A program made the translations under genes and the position numbers. Under the pieces are notes generated by a model that was not told the DNA's origin, did not search any database, and was given only the letters and a program-made list of their open reading frames with translations. Below, in pieces: positions 62,010-64,000 of a stretch of 64,000 nucleotides of DNA. Origin of the DNA: Raillietiella orientalis (Eukaryota); contig JAYWIR010000049.1 of the NCBI GenBank assembly GCA_036172245.1, positions 186,001 through 250,000 on the forward strand. The letters are read 5' to 3'. Numbering within the stretch: the first letter of the stretch is position 1; the number at the start of each line of letters is the position of its first letter.

Positions 62010-62610
62010 CGGCGACCATTCTGCGAATCCTGAAAGGCTCCGGAGGATCGAGCTTATTCTTTTTACACTTAGGAGGGAACTCTGAAGTCCTCGTCGTAGT
62101 TGTGTCCGGAGAGAATCTCAGAGGCAACTAATTCTTCCTTATTCGCTCCGGAGGACCTCGGGAGGGGATCGGTCCTCGTTTTTTCTTCGAAGGGAACCCG
62201 AAAGGAATTCGCTCCTTGTTTCCTCCTCTGAGGAGAACCACTAAGAGAGCAGAGCTCCTCTGATGCTCTGAAGAGGCGATCCTCCTAGAAGGGCATCATA
62301 AAACCAGCTTCATGGTAACGCCTCCCTTTTCGCAACCGGAGGAGAATCCTGAAGGGAACTGGTTTTTTGATTCCTAGATGGACCTCGAAGGGCCATCTTC
62401 CGCTTCCGTTCACTGAACGGAGGCATTGGACATCCTCCAGTTACGGCTTTGAAAGCCAACCGAGTACAACCAGCGTTCTCTTGCGGGGGGACATGAAACT
62501 CACAACACACTCATTTCTCGGGGATCCACTCTTCACGTAGGGATTCGAACCAGAGATGCCCGGTGCCGCGCTCGGGAACCGCAGTCATGCGGTCGCCGAC
62601 GCGGGCTAGT
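62010..62610 (-). mobile_element. tRNA-derived SINE, copy E
   Basis: Minus strand reads tagcccgcgtcggcgaccgcatgactgcggtt..gcggcacc..ggttcgaatcc (B box 62551-62541). The body matches copies A, B and D. Confidence 0.75.
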
Positions 62611-62619
62611 CACAAAAAG

Positions 62620-64000
62620 TGGTCTGTAGCCATTCCAAGTAAGATTCCCGGTTCTGCGCCGAGAAGGAGTTGCCCTGTGACTCCCGGTGGCTGTTTAAAT
62701 CTTCGCAGATTCCATAGCAACGCGTGCAGGAGCGCTTAGCGTCTCGTAACTCAGTGGAAATCTCAGCTCTGGTCCTCATTACATCGCAGATTTCAGTCTC
62801 ATCCGAACCAATAAGCGAGAGTTCTCCCCATCCTCGAAGAAGCCCAGGCACCGTAATCTACCGCGACACACCGCCCTCCGGGTAGTGTGCAACACGCCAT
62901 TCGTTCTCCTCCATCCGATCTTTCGAAAGGGCGAGTGCAAACCGATGACTTCCACCCATAATAAGCACCTTCTGCATAACGGAAGACGAAGCGTAACTTC
63001 CAGCTGCCCGCCGTGCTGCAGACAATCCGTCTGGCCACCAGCGTAATTGCGCGAACGCGTTCCAGTCAGACGGTCGTGGAATGGATTCCAACTGCAGCAA
63101 ATGGCGTCTCGATGGCGGCGACATCTCACGATCTTCAAATGTATTAATCACTGCAATGCCGAATGTACGGTACGAACAGACACCAACGACTTATTTCCTT
63201 CCTGTTTCTTCGCCGAGCGGTCAAGGTCGCGGTGCAGGGACCTTGGGTAGGAAGTATCCAGAGGAAGCGGATGGCGGCAATATGCTCGAGTTCAGGAGCG
63301 GATTGCCTGACCGAACGCGTTGGGGATCATCTCGCATCAGACCAGTGCGACCCAGATGACTTCCTGTCTGCAGGCTGTGTGCCATCTTCCCGGAAGATAG
63401 CCTCTTCCGGAAGCGAAGAGTCGGTGGCCCGTCGGCGGATACACGCGTGAGCTTACAAGAGAAGATGCACAGTCAGTCGAGTGGGTCGCAGGTATCCAAT
63501 GTGCTGGACTGATTGACATCCCGAGGACGGGGCTGCGGCCGACTCCAGATCGGTCGGAAATGAGCATCGTAAACAGGTGGATGCGGAAGTAGCCGGCCAC
63601 AGTGCGGGGTGATCAAGTGTGGTCGGGGATCGTGGAGAGAGATGAGTGTCCAGGATGTGTGACGGTTCCAGCTCCACTCGCGTGTCATGCGCGAAATATC
63701 GGACCATGAATTCTCGAATGTTCCGCACGGACAGATCGTCGTGAGAGGATATGTGCGCAATCCGAGTTTCGATAACCTCTGCACGGAGCACGTGAAGCCG
63801 TGCATCCGCATCGCAATCCAAGCAGCAACTCTTGGAGGAGAAGCCGTTTGATGTGCCGTCTCGGGCAACGTCCCTAGAGTGCACAAGGCAACGGCAGAAA
63901 GGCAGGAGTTCCGTCCGGAAATGTCGGCTTGAAGGTTTCCAGGACAACCAGAGTAGGCAGCCGGACGGCTGGACGATGCGCAGAGACCAGGCTGCCACAC
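62620..64000 (-). mobile_element. Decayed non-LTR ORF2 3' half (RT to zf-RVT), runs off the window edge
   Basis: QPSGCLLWLSWKPS, QRLSKLGLR, REWSW, then WNPFHDRLTG..DCLQHGGQLEVTLRLPLC. Confidence 0.5.

Overview
This is eukaryotic (animal, probably invertebrate) genomic DNA, so the bacterial-style ORF track is mostly spurious. Three spliced protein genes can be rebuilt from GT/GC-AG introns, many of them only 42-54 nt long. (1) An SLC4/band-3-type anion-exchanger membrane domain lies on the minus strand (exons 9806 to 2802; its 3' end runs off the left edge). It has a strongly remodelled substrate pocket and no recognisable cytosolic band-3 domain. (2) TRAPPC6 (Trs33) lies at 27313-28692, minus strand. 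(3) LSM5 lies at 31678-32045, plus strand, with a GC-AG first intron. TRAPPC6 and LSM5 sit head-to-head in an AT-rich island (~26-40 kb). The GC-rich remainder is a graveyard of decayed L1/Tx1-clade non-LTR retrotransposon fragments (APE endonuclease, RT with YADD/KYLG, CCHC finger, zinc-knuckle ORF1). It also holds at least five copies of an apparently unnamed tRNA-headed SINE, cryptic trinucleotide tracts, a 24-nt minisatellite and AT-rich foldback DNA. No CRISPR array, rRNA or intact tRNA was seen. All alignments were done by eye, and repeat boundaries are approximate.
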